In this document: positions 1 to 12,197 of the stretch, piece after piece
Position numbering within the stretch: position 1 is the stretch's first letter
Layout of the letters: each line of letters opens with the position of its first letter
Assembly (NCBI GenBank): GCA_051530055.1
Contig: CM121342.1
Coordinates: forward strand, 2,328,797 to 2,392,796
Source: Neoechinorhynchus agilis
Taxonomy: Eukaryota > Animalia > Acanthocephala
Reading direction: 5' to 3'
DNA: 64,000 bases
The notes under the pieces: model-generated
Databases searched by the model: none
Told to the model about the DNA's origin: nothing
The model's input: the letters and a program-made list of their open reading frames with translations, nothing else
Position numbers and translations under genes: made by a program

Positions 1-1240
1 GATACCAGATATCTAGGATACAAGATATTTTAGCCAAACTCGCTGGAGCAATGATCTTCTCAAAAGTCGACTTCGTCCGAAGGTATCATCAAATTCGAGT
101 GGTAGAACAGGACGTCCCAAAAACTGTGATTATTACGCCTTTTGGCCTTTTTGAATTTCTTAGGATGCCGTTCGAGTTGAAAAATGATGCTAAAAAATTC
201 CAACGTTTGATGGATACTGTTTGCCCAGGTATGGATTTTGAGTTCGTTTACTTGGACGGTATAACTAATCGATCCGAACATACCAATCATCTACGAACAT
301 CGTTCAATCGACTTTCAGAATATGGACACGTTCTCAATCTGGTAGAGCAGGTCGATTTCCTGGGACACCGTGTCAATGGACAGGGTACAATACCATTGTC
401 AGAAAAAAATGAACGTGATTCGCAGTTTCCCTCCTCCAACATCCACCAAAGCTTTGCAAAAATTTGTTGGTATGGTAAATTATTATCATCACTTTATCCC
501 TCTGGCAGCCCGACCGATGCGTCCAATGTTTCAAGCACTTTCTGTTAAAACAGATCGACAAACTTTTTTTTGGACAGCTGATATTACTTCAGCACTCGAA
601 AACACCAACAGTGCTCTAGCAGAGGCAACGATGCTTGCACACCCAGTCAATGGTGCTGCAATATCTATCAGTACCGACGCATCCGAATTTGCTATTGGTG
701 CTGTTCTACAGTAAAAGGTGTCAAGTCAATGGCAGGCTCTGGCATTCTTTAGCAAACAATTACGTAAACCCGAACAGCGTTACAGAATCTTCGATCGCGA
801 ACTTCTGGCGATATATTTCGCTGTCCGACATTTTCGATATTTCGTTGAAGGTCGACCATTTACGATATACACCGACCATCATTGACCTTTGATTTATGCG
901 ATGTCCAAAGTTTCAGATCCGAGGTCAGCTCGCCAACAGCGCCATTTAACTTACATATCTGAATTCACAACGAGTATCGAACACGTTAGCTGAAAAGAAA
1001 ACCAAGTTGCTCACGCATTATCTCGCATACAATCTGATCAAAATATCCAGGCATATCGATCGGCAAATACCTCGTTACAGCTTAAAGAAATTCATTTCAG
1101 TGATACAGGACGAACCATCTTGTGCGATATATTGACTGGTCGTTGTAGACCATTGGTACAATCATCGTGGACGAAACGAGTTTTTGATTCTGTGCACCAA
1201 CTGTCTCACCCCAGAATCAACGCGACTAGTAAAATGGATT
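1..1240 (+). mobile_element. Degenerate Ty3/Gypsy pol fragment (RT, RNase H, start of integrase)
   Basis: RT motifs KVDFVRRYHQI, TPFGLFEFLRMPF and YLDG. RNase H TDASEFAIGAVL followed by FFSKQL..DRELLAIY..FTIYTDH in other frames. HQLSHP near 1195. Many frameshifts and stops. Confidence 0.92.
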
Positions 1241-1584
1241 AATGAAAGTAAACTGTGCATAAACAAAATGTGGACCTGATTTGTTTAACAAAAATATTCG
1301 AATGAGACATTTTGATCTCGAAGAGAATTTACCCAAAAATTCTTGTGACACAAAGACAGTTGATAATATTATCTAATATTCTTTTTACGGGCATTTGCTC
1401 AAACCCAGATAATGTTAGTTTCAAAGGGATTTAATCTCTTGGCATAACTGCGAAAAAACGTAAATAAAACGAAAGCAAAAAGTTTTCAGGATCAAAGCTA
1501 TCCTTGCGCCCGAGCGAATTTTACGGTGCAAAAATAGAATGTATAATAATCTCGCGAATATGATTTTCGCTTTTGAGATTTCAC

Positions 1585-2350
1585 ATTTTGCAAATTTTCA
1601 CCGTCTCCTTCACGAGTGTCTCCAAATCGTTCAGTACTACGGAGGGGTTACTTCCGACCGTGGCATCGTGCAGATATCAGCCATTAAAAATGGACTGGAG
1701 AGAGCGCGCGAAGGAATTGACTGCGAGATAGGAGGCTGCTGGGCCCAAAGGATTCCCTTCCTACACCACTCTTTCTGACCATAAAACGTGATTATTGAAC
1801 AACAAGGGAGTTGCAGTCCCTTGAAGCATTAACGAAATAGCGAAATACTTCTGGTGCGTGTTCTCCAACTACTTCAAGCAAATCTGCTCAGTGAACTGTG
1901 TTGAATGCATTTTTGAAATCACATTTCAAGATCACGCACGGCTTTTTCCGATGATGAACGTGCGAAGTTAATGAACAATCGCCTCTGCGCCGGCGGAGCA
2001 GCATCCCTACATTTTCCGCGATCCTTTTATTTAAGAATTTTGCCGTTAAGCGGCTTAGATTTGTTCCAATTGCAATGGGACGCATCCCACCTTCCTTTTC
2101 TTGCGAGGGCACACAAAGCTGTGCCGAAAAATAACTCAATTGCTTTCGGAATCTACTCTCACCCTACAAATTAATCGACTAGGCATGCCAATGCATCTTC
2201 AAGAGACTGAGGAGCGTCATCTGCTGAAAACGAAGTCATATCTTTTTGGTGTTTGGGCCGCAGCCCGTCAAGCTCATGAGCTGATCCGTTGGCAAAAGAA
2301 TAGATTGCCATCTTCAATTCCGATTTCGATGATAAAACATAAGGGATAAC
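1585..2350 (-). mobile_element. Decayed CRE-clade non-LTR retrotransposon, RT region
   Basis: Minus-strand translations AIYSFANGSAHELDGLRPKH, GGMRPIAIG and ILKCDFKNAFN. Near-identical to the reverse complement of about 10190-10640. Confidence 0.88.
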
Positions 2351-2417
2351 AACACGTTTTATTTATTTTGTTTTAGAAGAGGACCCATGTACCTCTGGAT
2401 CCTCGTGATCATTTTAG

Positions 2418-2890
2418 ACTGGATGATGGATTCGGAATGGATGACGGATTCGGAGTGGATGACGGATCCGGGGTGGATGACAGATGCGGAGTTGATGTTG
2501 GATCTAGGGTGGATTGCGGATCCGGTGTGAATTACGGATCCGGAATGTATGTTGGATCCGAAGTGGATGACGGATCCGGTTTGGATGACCGATCCGGAAT
2601 GGATGACGGATCCGGTTTGGATGACCGATCCGGGGTGGATGACAGATGCGGAGTGGATGTTGGATCCAGGGTGGATTGCGGATCCGGTGTGGATTACGGA
2701 TCCGGTTTAGATGATTGACCCGGAATGTATGTTGGATCCGAAGTGGATGACGGATCCGGAGTCAATGCTGGATCCAGAGTGGATTACGGCTCCGGTTTGG
2801 ATGACTGATTCGGGGTGGATGACTCATCCGGAATGAATGTTGGATCCGAAGTGGATGGTGGATCCGGTGTGGATAACGGATCCAGGGAAT
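2418..2890. repeat. 18-bp minisatellite (consensus ~GTGGATGACGGATCCGGW) with a 162-bp higher-order repeat
   Basis: About 26 units with visible 18-bp periodicity. The variant GATGACAGATGCGG recurs at 2476 and 2638, which is 9 x 18 bp apart. Confidence 0.95.
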
Positions 2891-2894
2891 GACG

Positions 2895-3185
2895 GTCGAC
2901 TATCGAAGGACGAGAATACTTCGAAATGCTACCGACCGCCCTCACAGGGACGTTTGGAACGAAGAGCTCGTAAAGTTTCTGCGCTATCTTTAGCGAGACT
3001 GTCCATTAATGATAAAAGACGGACTGCTACTCTGACATCTCCGTCTGCGAGCTTCGAAGAAACGCGTCCATCCAGCGACCGATTTGAGTTTCGGCGGTGG
3101 TCAGGCGCTGGCACACTCCCTAAGTAGCTCGAATGCTCTCGTAAAGCATTGAGTAAAACTTTCGTCAAAAGAACTTATTCGCTGT
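2895..3185 (-). mobile_element. CRE-clade fragment immediately upstream of the RT, the continuation of 1585-2350 across the minisatellite
   Basis: ORF 2929-3168 reads KLADGDVRVAVRLLS..SAETLRALRSKRP, the pre-RT segment typical of CRE elements. Confidence 0.75.
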
Positions 3186-3464
3186 TTAATTTTTGTGGCC
3201 AAAGATCCCACTCTAAACCATTTTAAACTTACCGAGTCCAAGAATTTTATACGTATTTCAAAGAAATTGCCTAATGAAGGATAAAATGACGAGTTTAAAC
3301 TGCAAGCACAATGATTAAAGCTCTATTCACAAAATAAACTGAGGATTTAAGGTAATCACAGGCGAAAATTCTAGTGAAAATTGAAAAGAAGTATAAGGCA
3401 ATCTCAAAAAGATCTTAAAACAAAACACAGTTCATATTTTGGTGAAAGATGATCAAATTTAAAT

Positions 3465-5060
3465 TGATAGGCATCAAATTGACCACTTAAACCCTTAAAA
3501 ATTAACAACCTGCGATACTTAGAAATTTCTTAGACAATAATCATTAATAAGCTTCATTTTTCAGTGATATTTCATCCAATTTACAAAGACGCATCTCTAA
3601 TTTAGGTTTTAGAGAAAGATATCAATTGTCACAAGAACCGAATATCAAAATGTTTAATGACGAATCTTAATCTCCGAAGGCACCTAAGAATCCTAAATTC
3701 TAAAAATTGACGAATGGTCGAAAAACCGAGCTATTTCCGTCGTCGTCTTTACGCAAGAACATAAAACGAAAGCTTAAAGATCGTTAAAAATTCACCGATA
3801 CGTCCAAAATGATAACCAATAGACAAAATCCGAGAATCCGGTTTACTGACCCCAATCCGAAGGACGATATTCCACATTAAGAATTGTATTTTCTTTCGAA
3901 CAGAAATCGGAAAGATCTAATGTCGGAAATCTTTGTAATCTCCAAAAAGTTGATTCTTAAATTTGATTGGTCAAATGGTTTCTTGTTATTCAGATTTGTG
4001 GATTTTGCTTGGCACTTTGGTTCCATGGCTCATTGATGGAAATTCATTAAAGTTTCTTTTCCTATGGATGGAGTATTTTGAAGGTTCGGTTTTTGTATCT
4101 AAGATCCGATTCTGAAGTGCAGAATCATGAAGGTTTGAAGTGAATTCTGAGTCCTATGTTCACCTTTTGTAAGAATCCATCGTTTTCTTCTATTTAAATT
4201 TTAAATTAATATAGAAGATAAATTAAAAAAGGGGATTCCGTTATCATCATCCAGGATAAAAAATATTTTATTTAATAGAAATATTTCGCGATTGATCAGA
4301 TCAATTTACAATGACGGACGTGGCTATGCTTCCTCTTTCGAAATATCTCAATGAAATATTTCGAATCCGCCTGGCATCTACAACTCTATCTGCCCCATGG
4401 ATTTTTTCTTAGTTTTAAGTGAGAAAATGAAAATTAAACAATTATCATACGACTAAAACACTAGTTTAATCTGTTAATAACATGATTTTTATAGCTAAAA
4501 TCTGGAATGTTTCGTAGATCCTAAATTTTACGATTTACGACATTTTTGAACCGGTCAAACATCATCATCATAAACTGAAATCCCATGCGATCCATTTTGG
4601 CAAGGCACTCAATGTATGGATCGAAGCATTTGGCTATTTCGAGAACATGTTTATCCGGTAGATGCTTTGGCGGCTTTCCTATTTTCGTATATTTTTCGTA
4701 TAGTTTATCCCTTGTTTTTAGAAGCTTAATGATTGTCTCCATCCTGATATCGTTGCAATAACATCCTTCGTTTAACTTTATCAGATTAAGAAGGTTTCCA
4801 AAAATCCCATTGAAATATCGGAGCACATCATCGCGAATTGGAACGTCCTCTACAGCCGTCGTATTTATTATACTTTGAAGGTACGAGGACGGATCTGTTG
4901 GCATTGTAGTTTTAGAATTTGTCCCTGGGATTTCCTGGTTCGAATGCTTTTTTAAGTATTCCATTTTCAGTTCCGTTTTCAAAGCATTTTGGTTTGAGGC
5001 TCGACCACAAGTGACTGAGAATGCATAGAGCAGAAAAGAAAGGAGCACGATGAAGATGAG
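3465..5060. repeat. Segmental duplicate block A (direct copy of ~26885-28455; 3' part also at ~13135-14010)
   Basis: Near-identical sequence starting at ATAGGCATCAAATTGACCAC in both places. Confidence 0.95.
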
Positions 5061-5090
5061 GTTATGTTTCTGAATTATCTCTGACCACAT
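4521..5090 (-). CDS. Orphan secreted protein, copy 1 (189 aa, intronless, signal peptide)
   Basis: Intact ORF with a hydrophobic N-terminus (LIFIVLLSFLLYAFSVTCG). Two further intact paralogs lie in the window. Confidence 0.8.
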   Translation of the reverse strand: MWSEIIQKHNLIFIVLLSFLLYAFSVTCGRASNQNALKTELKMEYLKKHSNQEIPGTNSKTTMPTDPSSYLQSIINTTAVEDVPIRDDVLRYFNGIFGNLLNLIKLNEGCYCNDIRMETIIKLLKTRDKLYEKYTKIGKPPKHLPDKHVLEIAKCFDPYIECLAKMDRMGFQFMMMMFDRFKNVVNRKI

Positions 5091-5714
5091 AAATAAAAGA
5101 GCGAATAAGTTCTTTTGACGAAAATTTTACTCAATGCTTTTCATCCCGCTAATATGATTTTCACTTTTGAGATTTCACATTTTTATTTATTCACAGTTGC
5201 CTTCATGGCTAAAAGTGTCGTTGGATTGCTAGTGCACAGTTAAAAGAACGAAATGTGGACCTAATTTGTTTTACAAGAATATTCGAATGAGGCATTTGAG
5301 CAGATCCTCTTTGGGTTTAATAAGACGGCGAGCGGAATATTTATTGATGAAATTCTTAACTTTTTTATCCACTTTTACCAATTTTTTGTGTATATTTCTA
5401 CGATAAAATTCTTTAAAACTTCTTTAGCTCACAGACATTTATTGTAAGATTTAACAAAAATATTTAGAATCGTATTTTTGATATTTCTTTAATTTAATAT
5501 TATTGGAATAAATTGTTGCTGGGCCGATACATTGTAAAAAGTTCATTAAACTTTAATAGTTTTTTTAATTTTTTAATTATTTTTTCTATCATGACTTATG
5601 AATACGCATTTCGATTGACGAACTTCTATGATTTGGCAATTTTTCAGTGTCAATTCGAATGAAATCTAGAGACGGATAAAGAAATCCTCAGTCAAATTTA
5701 ATCTCTTGTTCAAG

Positions 5715-8552
5715 ATGACTCATTGTGCTCGCTGCACTTTTGCAGTAATTGGAGGTGGCATCGCGGGTGTATCATGCTGTGAAACCGTAAGACCACCATT
5801 GAAGTAATATGTAATGATTGTTCAATTAGCTCGCATTATTGGGCAATAATGACAAATCAATCGTTTTATTAACAGCGGCTCCAGCAATTAAAGAGCCGAT
5901 TCGTATTCAGAGGGTTTCATCCTTTTTATTCAGGTAACGAAACTGAATTTAGTTTCTGTTTAGGTCACTAAGATGCTGGACTCGTTTTTCGTCGAAGAGA
6001 AACCCTGTGAATCTATTGAAAATCGATTTGATTGCGTTACAGTAAAAAACGCTTTGGTCACTCATTTAGACTTTGACTTACATGTCGGTTTTTCTTTTAT
6101 TTTGAGTAAGAAGCGAAGATCTTTTGTCTAGATGATCCTTTGTCACGACGGAACTCGAATACAATATGAAAAGTTGTGTATTTGTGCAGGCGGTCGACCG
6201 AAGGTAAATGTAAGTTCAAGGATTGATTTTGAATTATTTTAAATACCTTAGTTGATCACATCGGATGATCGCATTCGCGATTGTGTTATGACAATTAGGG
6301 ATTCAGAAACGGCTGATCGATTATCCAGGCGGCTAAAAGATGCTAGAAGGATAGTTATTGTCGGAAATGGCGGATTGGCTACAGAACTTGCGTTTGTTTC
6401 AATTTTATTTTGCTCGTTTTTCATCATTTATGTTCAGTTATGAAATTAAAGGATGTGACGTGATTTGGGTCGTTAGACACGATTATATCAATAATGTTTT
6501 TTTCGATCCTGCCGCTGCTAAATTTCTATTGAGTAGCTTAGAAAATGACAATGAAGAAGAGGCCGATACTAATGTCCCTGAGCGTGCTTACACTTTTGAA
6601 AGTTTGACGACCACAATAACTGCGTTTGTCTGATTTCCCTTATTAGGAATCGAAAAGACTGATGCTAGCGATTGGGATGATGTACCTGCTGGAGCTCTTG
6701 GCCCTGAGTGGATGACCTCATTTGATTTGGTTGGAAAGGTTAGCATTTTAAAATAAGATTTAAAAAATAACTTAATATTGTACCCAGTCAAATGTCGATG
6801 ATGTCTTTGAATTATTAGAAAGGTATTTTCATGACAAAAACCGCGGTCATTTTCCAAAAATTGTTTCGTTTTGTTTATGAGCGGTGCCCAAAAATCTCAC
6901 AGCGACGTACTTTCTCCGTGGCATCTTCTATTTTGGTATTTTTTCATGCTCAACTTTTTTCAAGATTTTTAAACGTAATCTCTGTTTTTGAATAGGCATT
7001 TTAGTCAATTTATGTAACCTCGTTTTGATATTTCGTTAGTTTTAATAATGGTATCACATTACGAGCATTTTTCTCGACTTTGACCTCAAAGATGATTTTT
7101 CCACGTCGTTAGGGAATGAAATCAATCAAGGTCATATACAAATCCGAAATTGAGGACATTTTAAAGAAAGATGAGGAAATAATTGATCCAACGGACCAAG
7201 ATACGAGCTTTCGATGGTATGTCAAATTGACCGGTGGTCAAGTGTACGGATGCGATGTTGTGATAAGTGCGATTGGCGTCGAGCCAAACACAATCCTGTA
7301 TCAAAATGCAGCTCCACGTGGGAAGGTTTCGATTTTAAATCATTAAAGGATGAACTCACATTCAGTTCTTTTAGTTACTGACATCCGAGGACGGTGGTAT
7401 TGTTGTTGACAAAGAAATGATGTCAAGTATTCCGGATGTTTACGCCGCTGGAGATGTTTGCTCAGTTAATTGGGGAGAAAGGGAAGATTGGTTCCAAGTA
7501 AGTGAGCAATAATCATGTCGACGTTAATTAAGAAAACTTGGAAAAATGAAACTGTTTATTATATTTGATGCCTCTCTTTATTATGACTGCTGCTCTGGAT
7601 CACTCAGCTGCCTTCATTGTGTAACGGTCGAAAGGATGGATGTAACGTCTCTCCCCGTTGCCGAGCCAAACTTATGTTTTGTAGGATTTAATGTCCTCGG
7701 ATCGTCAGTGATTCGTCTCAGTCTCTTGAGCAGATCCTGCGCCGCGGTACCAAACTACCAGAGTGTTTCGACGATAAAGGGTTGGAAAAATTGGTTACTT
7801 TGATCTATAGAGACTTCCTTTGGGTGTAAATTGAAATGTTATCAGAATGTTTTGAACTACATTGATAAAGGCGAAATGTTTGTCGTAAATTTGCATCATA
7901 TTGTTCGTATTTAGAGCAATCATTCTCATATTTATATATTCTGTAAATTTGTTTAAAAATCCATTAAGGAGATCATGCTTTAATGAATTTCTTTTAAAAG
8001 TACAACAGTGGTATTACCGATGGTGCTACTTCTGTATCCGTACTATTAATTTTTTATATCCTCAGATGCGAACATGGACTCAGGCTAGACAAATGGGCCA
8101 TTATGCAGCCAAGTGTATGTTCGCTCATCGAAACGGCGATGTTGGCCGTCAGCCACTTGAACTTTGTTTCGAAATATTCGAACATTGCACCCATTTCCTA
8201 GGACAGAAGGTTTGTAAATAGAATTTCACTTTAAATCATGCTTGAGCTACGGCTTTTAGGTCGTCTTTCTTGGGCGGTATAACGGTCAAGGCTTGGATAA
8301 ATATGAACTTTTATATAGAATGACACCAGGTATTGAACTCTTTTGTTCATTTGAACTCGTGTTTATTGCTGCGAAGATCATGAGTTTATTAAGTTGGTTT
8401 TAAACGAAGGTTTGGTCAGAGGAGCGGTCATAATTGGCGACACAGAACTTGCTGAGACTATAGAGAACCTAATTCTTGGACGATTAAATGTTTCGAACCT
8501 CGGGGAAAACCTCTTAGATCCTGAAATTGATATTGCTGAATATTTTGATTAA
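5715..8552 (+). CDS. PYROXD1: Pyridine nucleotide-disulfide oxidoreductase domain protein 1 (multi-exon)
   Basis: FAVIGGGIAGVSC FAD motif, IVIVGNGGLATEL, VYAAGDVC, MRTWTQARQMG and a C-terminus LLDPEIDIAEYFD*. GT-AG introns, including long ones at ~6739-7112 and 7498-8065. Confidence 0.93.
7588..7785 (-). mobile_element. CRE 3'-end fragment inside a PYROXD1 intron
   Basis: Reverse-complement match to 12200-12410 and direct match to 26160-26290. It lies within intron 7498-8065. Confidence 0.85.
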
Positions 8553-8844
8553 ATTTATGATTGATATAACAACTTCTGAGTTTTATTAAACCAGTTTTAA
8601 AGTTCTGATTCTATTGAAAATTACGCTATGAAAGATCTCTGATGTCAACGCTAATGTATCGATAAACTTATTCTGTTTATTTTATCCTGGTTATTGGTTT
8701 CTTGTGAAATGCTACTCAATTTTCCAGCCGCGTGATAAAGTATTGTTTCCGAAAATTGACAATCGGGAAGGTGTTGTAATGATAAATAAAATCTTTGCAT
8801 CTGGCGTAAAAATTACATGAACAATTCAATCTTCAAAGATAGAG

Positions 8845-9438
8845 AAAATCTTTATTTCCGAGTGCTTTCGCCGTCTTACTACTTCCTCAGGAATCTAAAA
8901 ACGAGCATTCAGTTATGAAGTGTTTTAGAGTAGCGAAATTGAAGTGTAGTAGAATGTTCGTCCCGTCTATTGAGCAGTTCTGGGGTTTTGTCGAGTTGAC
9001 GTCCAGAACTCTCCCTCGCATCATTATTAGCGAATACGCCGTCCCCTTCCGATCGCCCATGGTATAAGTAGTGCCCGGCAATCGGTATTCCACCTGATCC
9101 TTTGCCACAAACCCAACTCATCGTTCGCTGGTCATCTCGTAGACCACACGTTGCTTCAAGTGTAATATCGACTCTTGTCGGCCATTTGTGTGCACGGACT
9201 TACCTGAGCACGATGCTGGACATATTTCCATCGCTTCATCGTGGTGTATTCGCTAATAATGATGCGAGGGAGAGTTTTGGACATCAGTCCGAAAAAGCCA
9301 CAGAGCCGGTCAGCGAGCGGGACGAACCTTTTACTACACTTCAATGTCGCTACTCTAAATCACTTCATAACTCCACACGCCTTTGTAGATTCCTGAGGAA
9401 GTAGTAAGACGGCGAAAGCACTCGGAAATAAAGATTTT
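8845..9438. repeat. Long inverted repeat or hairpin: 196-bp ungapped arms (8845-9040 and 9243-9438) with a 202-bp spacer
   Basis: The outer ~53 bp are perfectly complementary. Paired coordinates sum to 18283 at both ends of the arms, so there is no net indel. Confidence 0.95.
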
Positions 9439-9522
9439 GATTTATCATGGCAACACCATTGCCAAGTGTAAACTAAAAAACTTGTTAATGGTTTCCATAG
9501 CAGCGGCCCTCGATAACTTCGT

Positions 9523-10086
9523 TTGTTACATTCAAAACTGCATACGGAAAAGATGTCAGATAGCTCGACATCATTCACTGACTCTTCAACACACGAACCT
9601 AATGAAAGTATTGCAGAAATCGATGACAATTTAGATTCAAAATCAAAAATTCGAAACGAAGAGCTCACCCGTGCTTATAAAGCTTTCAAAATTAAGCCGC
9701 AATTAAAGCTAACGGGAGAAGCGAAAAGCTTCCTTACGGAAATGGAGCGAATCATAAAATTCGCGATCGATGGGACTATGGCTCCAAAACTAAAATTAAT
9801 ATCTTTTAAGAAGAAGAAAGTTTATTTTGTAAATAACATGCCGATAAGCCCAAAAATGTTATCAGCCGAGTTAAATCTACGAACAATGGAATGTTTAAGG
9901 ACTTTGAAGAAAGACACAAAGTATATTACTTATTACTTTGTTTCCTATGGTGATATCGATGGTTCTCAAATTGTAACTGAAGCAACGGCTGATCTAGCGG
10001 ATAATGATGGATATGTAATGTACAAATTTAAGTATTTAAATCTTCTTATATATGCCCAAATTTGGGCGTTTCAGCAAAACGATTAA
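9523..10086 (+). CDS. Orphan intronless ORF (187 aa; probable ATG at 9553)
   Basis: Long open frame in AT-rich DNA with an acidic Ser-rich N-terminus. No recognisable domain. Confidence 0.5.
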   Translation: MLHSKLHTEKMSDSSTSFTDSSTHEPNESIAEIDDNLDSKSKIRNEELTRAYKAFKIKPQLKLTGEAKSFLTEMERIIKFAIDGTMAPKLKLISFKKKKVYFVNNMPISPKMLSAELNLRTMECLRTLKKDTKYITYYFVSYGDIDGSQIVTEATADLADNDGYVMYKFKYLNLLIYAQIWAFQQND

Positions 10087-10139
10087 CTTTTCATTGTATT
10101 GGGAGTTTTGCATGGCTATTGATTTCGCATTAAATTTAT

Positions 10140-11820
10140 GTGCGATCTTGCTATACCTTTTCAAGCGCGGCTTAACAGCAAAATATTTTAAATAAAAGGA
10201 TCGCGGAAAATGTAGGGATGCTGCTCCGCCGGCGCAGAGGCGATTGTTCATTAACTTCGCACGTTCATCATCGGAAACTCAAAGCCGTGCGTGATCTTGA
10301 AATGTGATTTCAAAAATGCATTCAACACAGTTCACTGAGCAGATTTGCTCGAAGTAGATAGAGATCACGTACCAGAAGTATTTCGCTATTTCGTTAATGC
10401 TTCAAGGGACTGCAACTCCCTTGTTGTTCAATAATCACGTTTTATGGTCAGAAAGAGTGGTGTAGGAAGGGAATCCTTTGGGCCCAGCAGCCTCCTATCT
10501 CGCAGTCAATTCCTTCGCGCGCTCTCTCCAGTCCATTTTTAATGGCTGATATCTGCACGATGCCACGGTCGGAAGTAACCCCTCCGTAGTACTGAACGAT
10601 TTGGAGACACTCGAGAAGGAAACGGCGAAAATTTTCCATTGAATCAAATGCTGCGAAATGCGAGATTTTATTGATGAACGTTGGGTGACGAGGCAAACTA
10701 CCATGAACGATTCTCAGAACCTGGTCCCCGGAATAGAATTGATCACTCTCGAAAGGTTGCGTGTTCTAGGAAGTTGCATTTTTTGTTCTAATGTTGAAGC
10801 TGAGATTACCAATCTTCAACCGCAACGTTCGGTGCTGTGCGAACGAGTTAATGAATTATCTTCACACGAGGCTCTGTTCCTGATCAAGAACATCCTCTTC
10901 ATTCCAAAATTGCTTTATAAGCTGCGTACAGCAAAGCTGGCAAAATCAGACGAGACGGTGAAAGCCTCTGTCGAGAAAATTTTAAATACTCAGCTGTCGG
11001 ACGATGCCTGACGTCAAGCGTTCATGCTTGTGTCGCCGGCGGTTTGGGTATACGAAAAGCAGCCGATATTTCTCTCCCAGCTTATTTGGGATCGTATGAA
11101 GCAAACCGCATAATAATTCAGTCTTTTCTCGGCGAGAATTAAACTTTGGATGAAGATTTCCTGGAGGCGCTTAATATTTGGTGTGGATATTCAGGCAGCG
11201 AGCAGGTCCCCGTCAATGGATGCAAACAATAAGTTTGGGACTCACCCATGGTAGCGAGAATTCATAATTCCTTAATTTCAGATTCTCTTGGCCTGGTAAA
11301 TCGAATTCGATTGATAGCAGTCTCTACAAGAGAATCCGGAGTTGGCTCCACGCTATCCCAATCGCTTCTGTGGGTACCCTCAGACGAGACAGTAAGGATT
11401 GCAGTGTCCTACTGAGACTTGGAGTGCCGATGTGCAATTCGCTGCCGTTTTGGAGCGACCGTGGAACCACCGGGACACCATGGTCTCGTCTGTCGGCAAT
11501 CAGGCGGACGGTACTCACGAAACGTCGAAATGAACGCAATGCTCTTAGTCATGCCCTGAATACTGTGAATGCGCCCACCATCTGAGAGCCGAGCAATCTT
11601 TGTCGACTCGATGGTAGTAGACCGGGATTCCCGTGGCTAGGGTAAAATGTCTTTTCTGGGACGCCATTCGCGGACAGCAACATAAAATTCGCCGCTATTA
11701 AACCGGGGGAGCAGCAACCGCCAATTAGGAACGCAAAAAGACAAAATACAGGGACCTGAGTCGAAATCATTATTTCGTTCCCTTTGACGTCGATACGCTC
11801 GGGTCGTTTGGAACCGCGGA
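10140..11820 (+). mobile_element. Decayed CRE-clade element (RT through the restriction-like endonuclease)
   Basis: ILKCDFKNAF, EALFLIKNILFIPKLLYKLRTA, RESGxWL, RKKTKYRDL..HYFVPF. Numerous stops and frameshifts. Confidence 0.9.
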
Positions 11821-12195
11821 TGGTTTAAAAAAGCCATAGTTGAACATTTGAAAACAAACATCATTCATTCTTTCATCATCCTCTTTCAATTCATCTATCT
11901 CGATTTCGCCCTTATCGAGAGTCCATATCTGCACCTCAGCGGTTCCCGTCAATATAAAGAATAATCCCGAAATGAAAGAGCAAACAGCACAAACTGACTT
12001 GCCAATCCATCTTTCACTATCACCCCGACCATTGTCGGGCACAATACTCCAGGCAGGATTCAAACTAGTTAGAAATGCCCCAGATAATGCCAGCAAATCT
12101 TGGTACCATGTCGCTGCTAATCCCACCTCCTGTACTAAATCCTATCGTTGCCAAGACCAGCGTAAACAGCAAGGTACCGGCCCAAGCTCTTTTGG
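11820..12195 (-). pseudogene. Possible frameshifted membrane-protein (claudin/PMP22-like) fragment between two CRE pieces
   Basis: Minus-strand frames give TLLFTLVLATIGFS..GIIWGISN*FESCLEYC and then KSVCAVCSFISGLFFILTG. Family assignment by eye only. Confidence 0.3.
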
Positions 12196-12197
12196 AA

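Noticed and set aside
2437-2718. Asp/Gly-rich ORF as a real protein, or the array as CRISPR
   Set aside because: The ORF is a by-product of an 18-bp (codon-multiple) repeat lying inside a dead retroelement. There are no unique spacers and the context is eukaryotic.
8488-8512. TGTTTCGAACCTCG resembling the antisense hammerhead
   Set aside because: It lies in PYROXD1 coding sequence (LNVSNLG) and has no TCATCAG core, so it is a chance match.
9204-9214. ACTTACCTG as a U1 snRNA 5' end
   Set aside because: No U1 stems or Sm site follow. It is equally a minus-strand splice-donor-like 9-mer.
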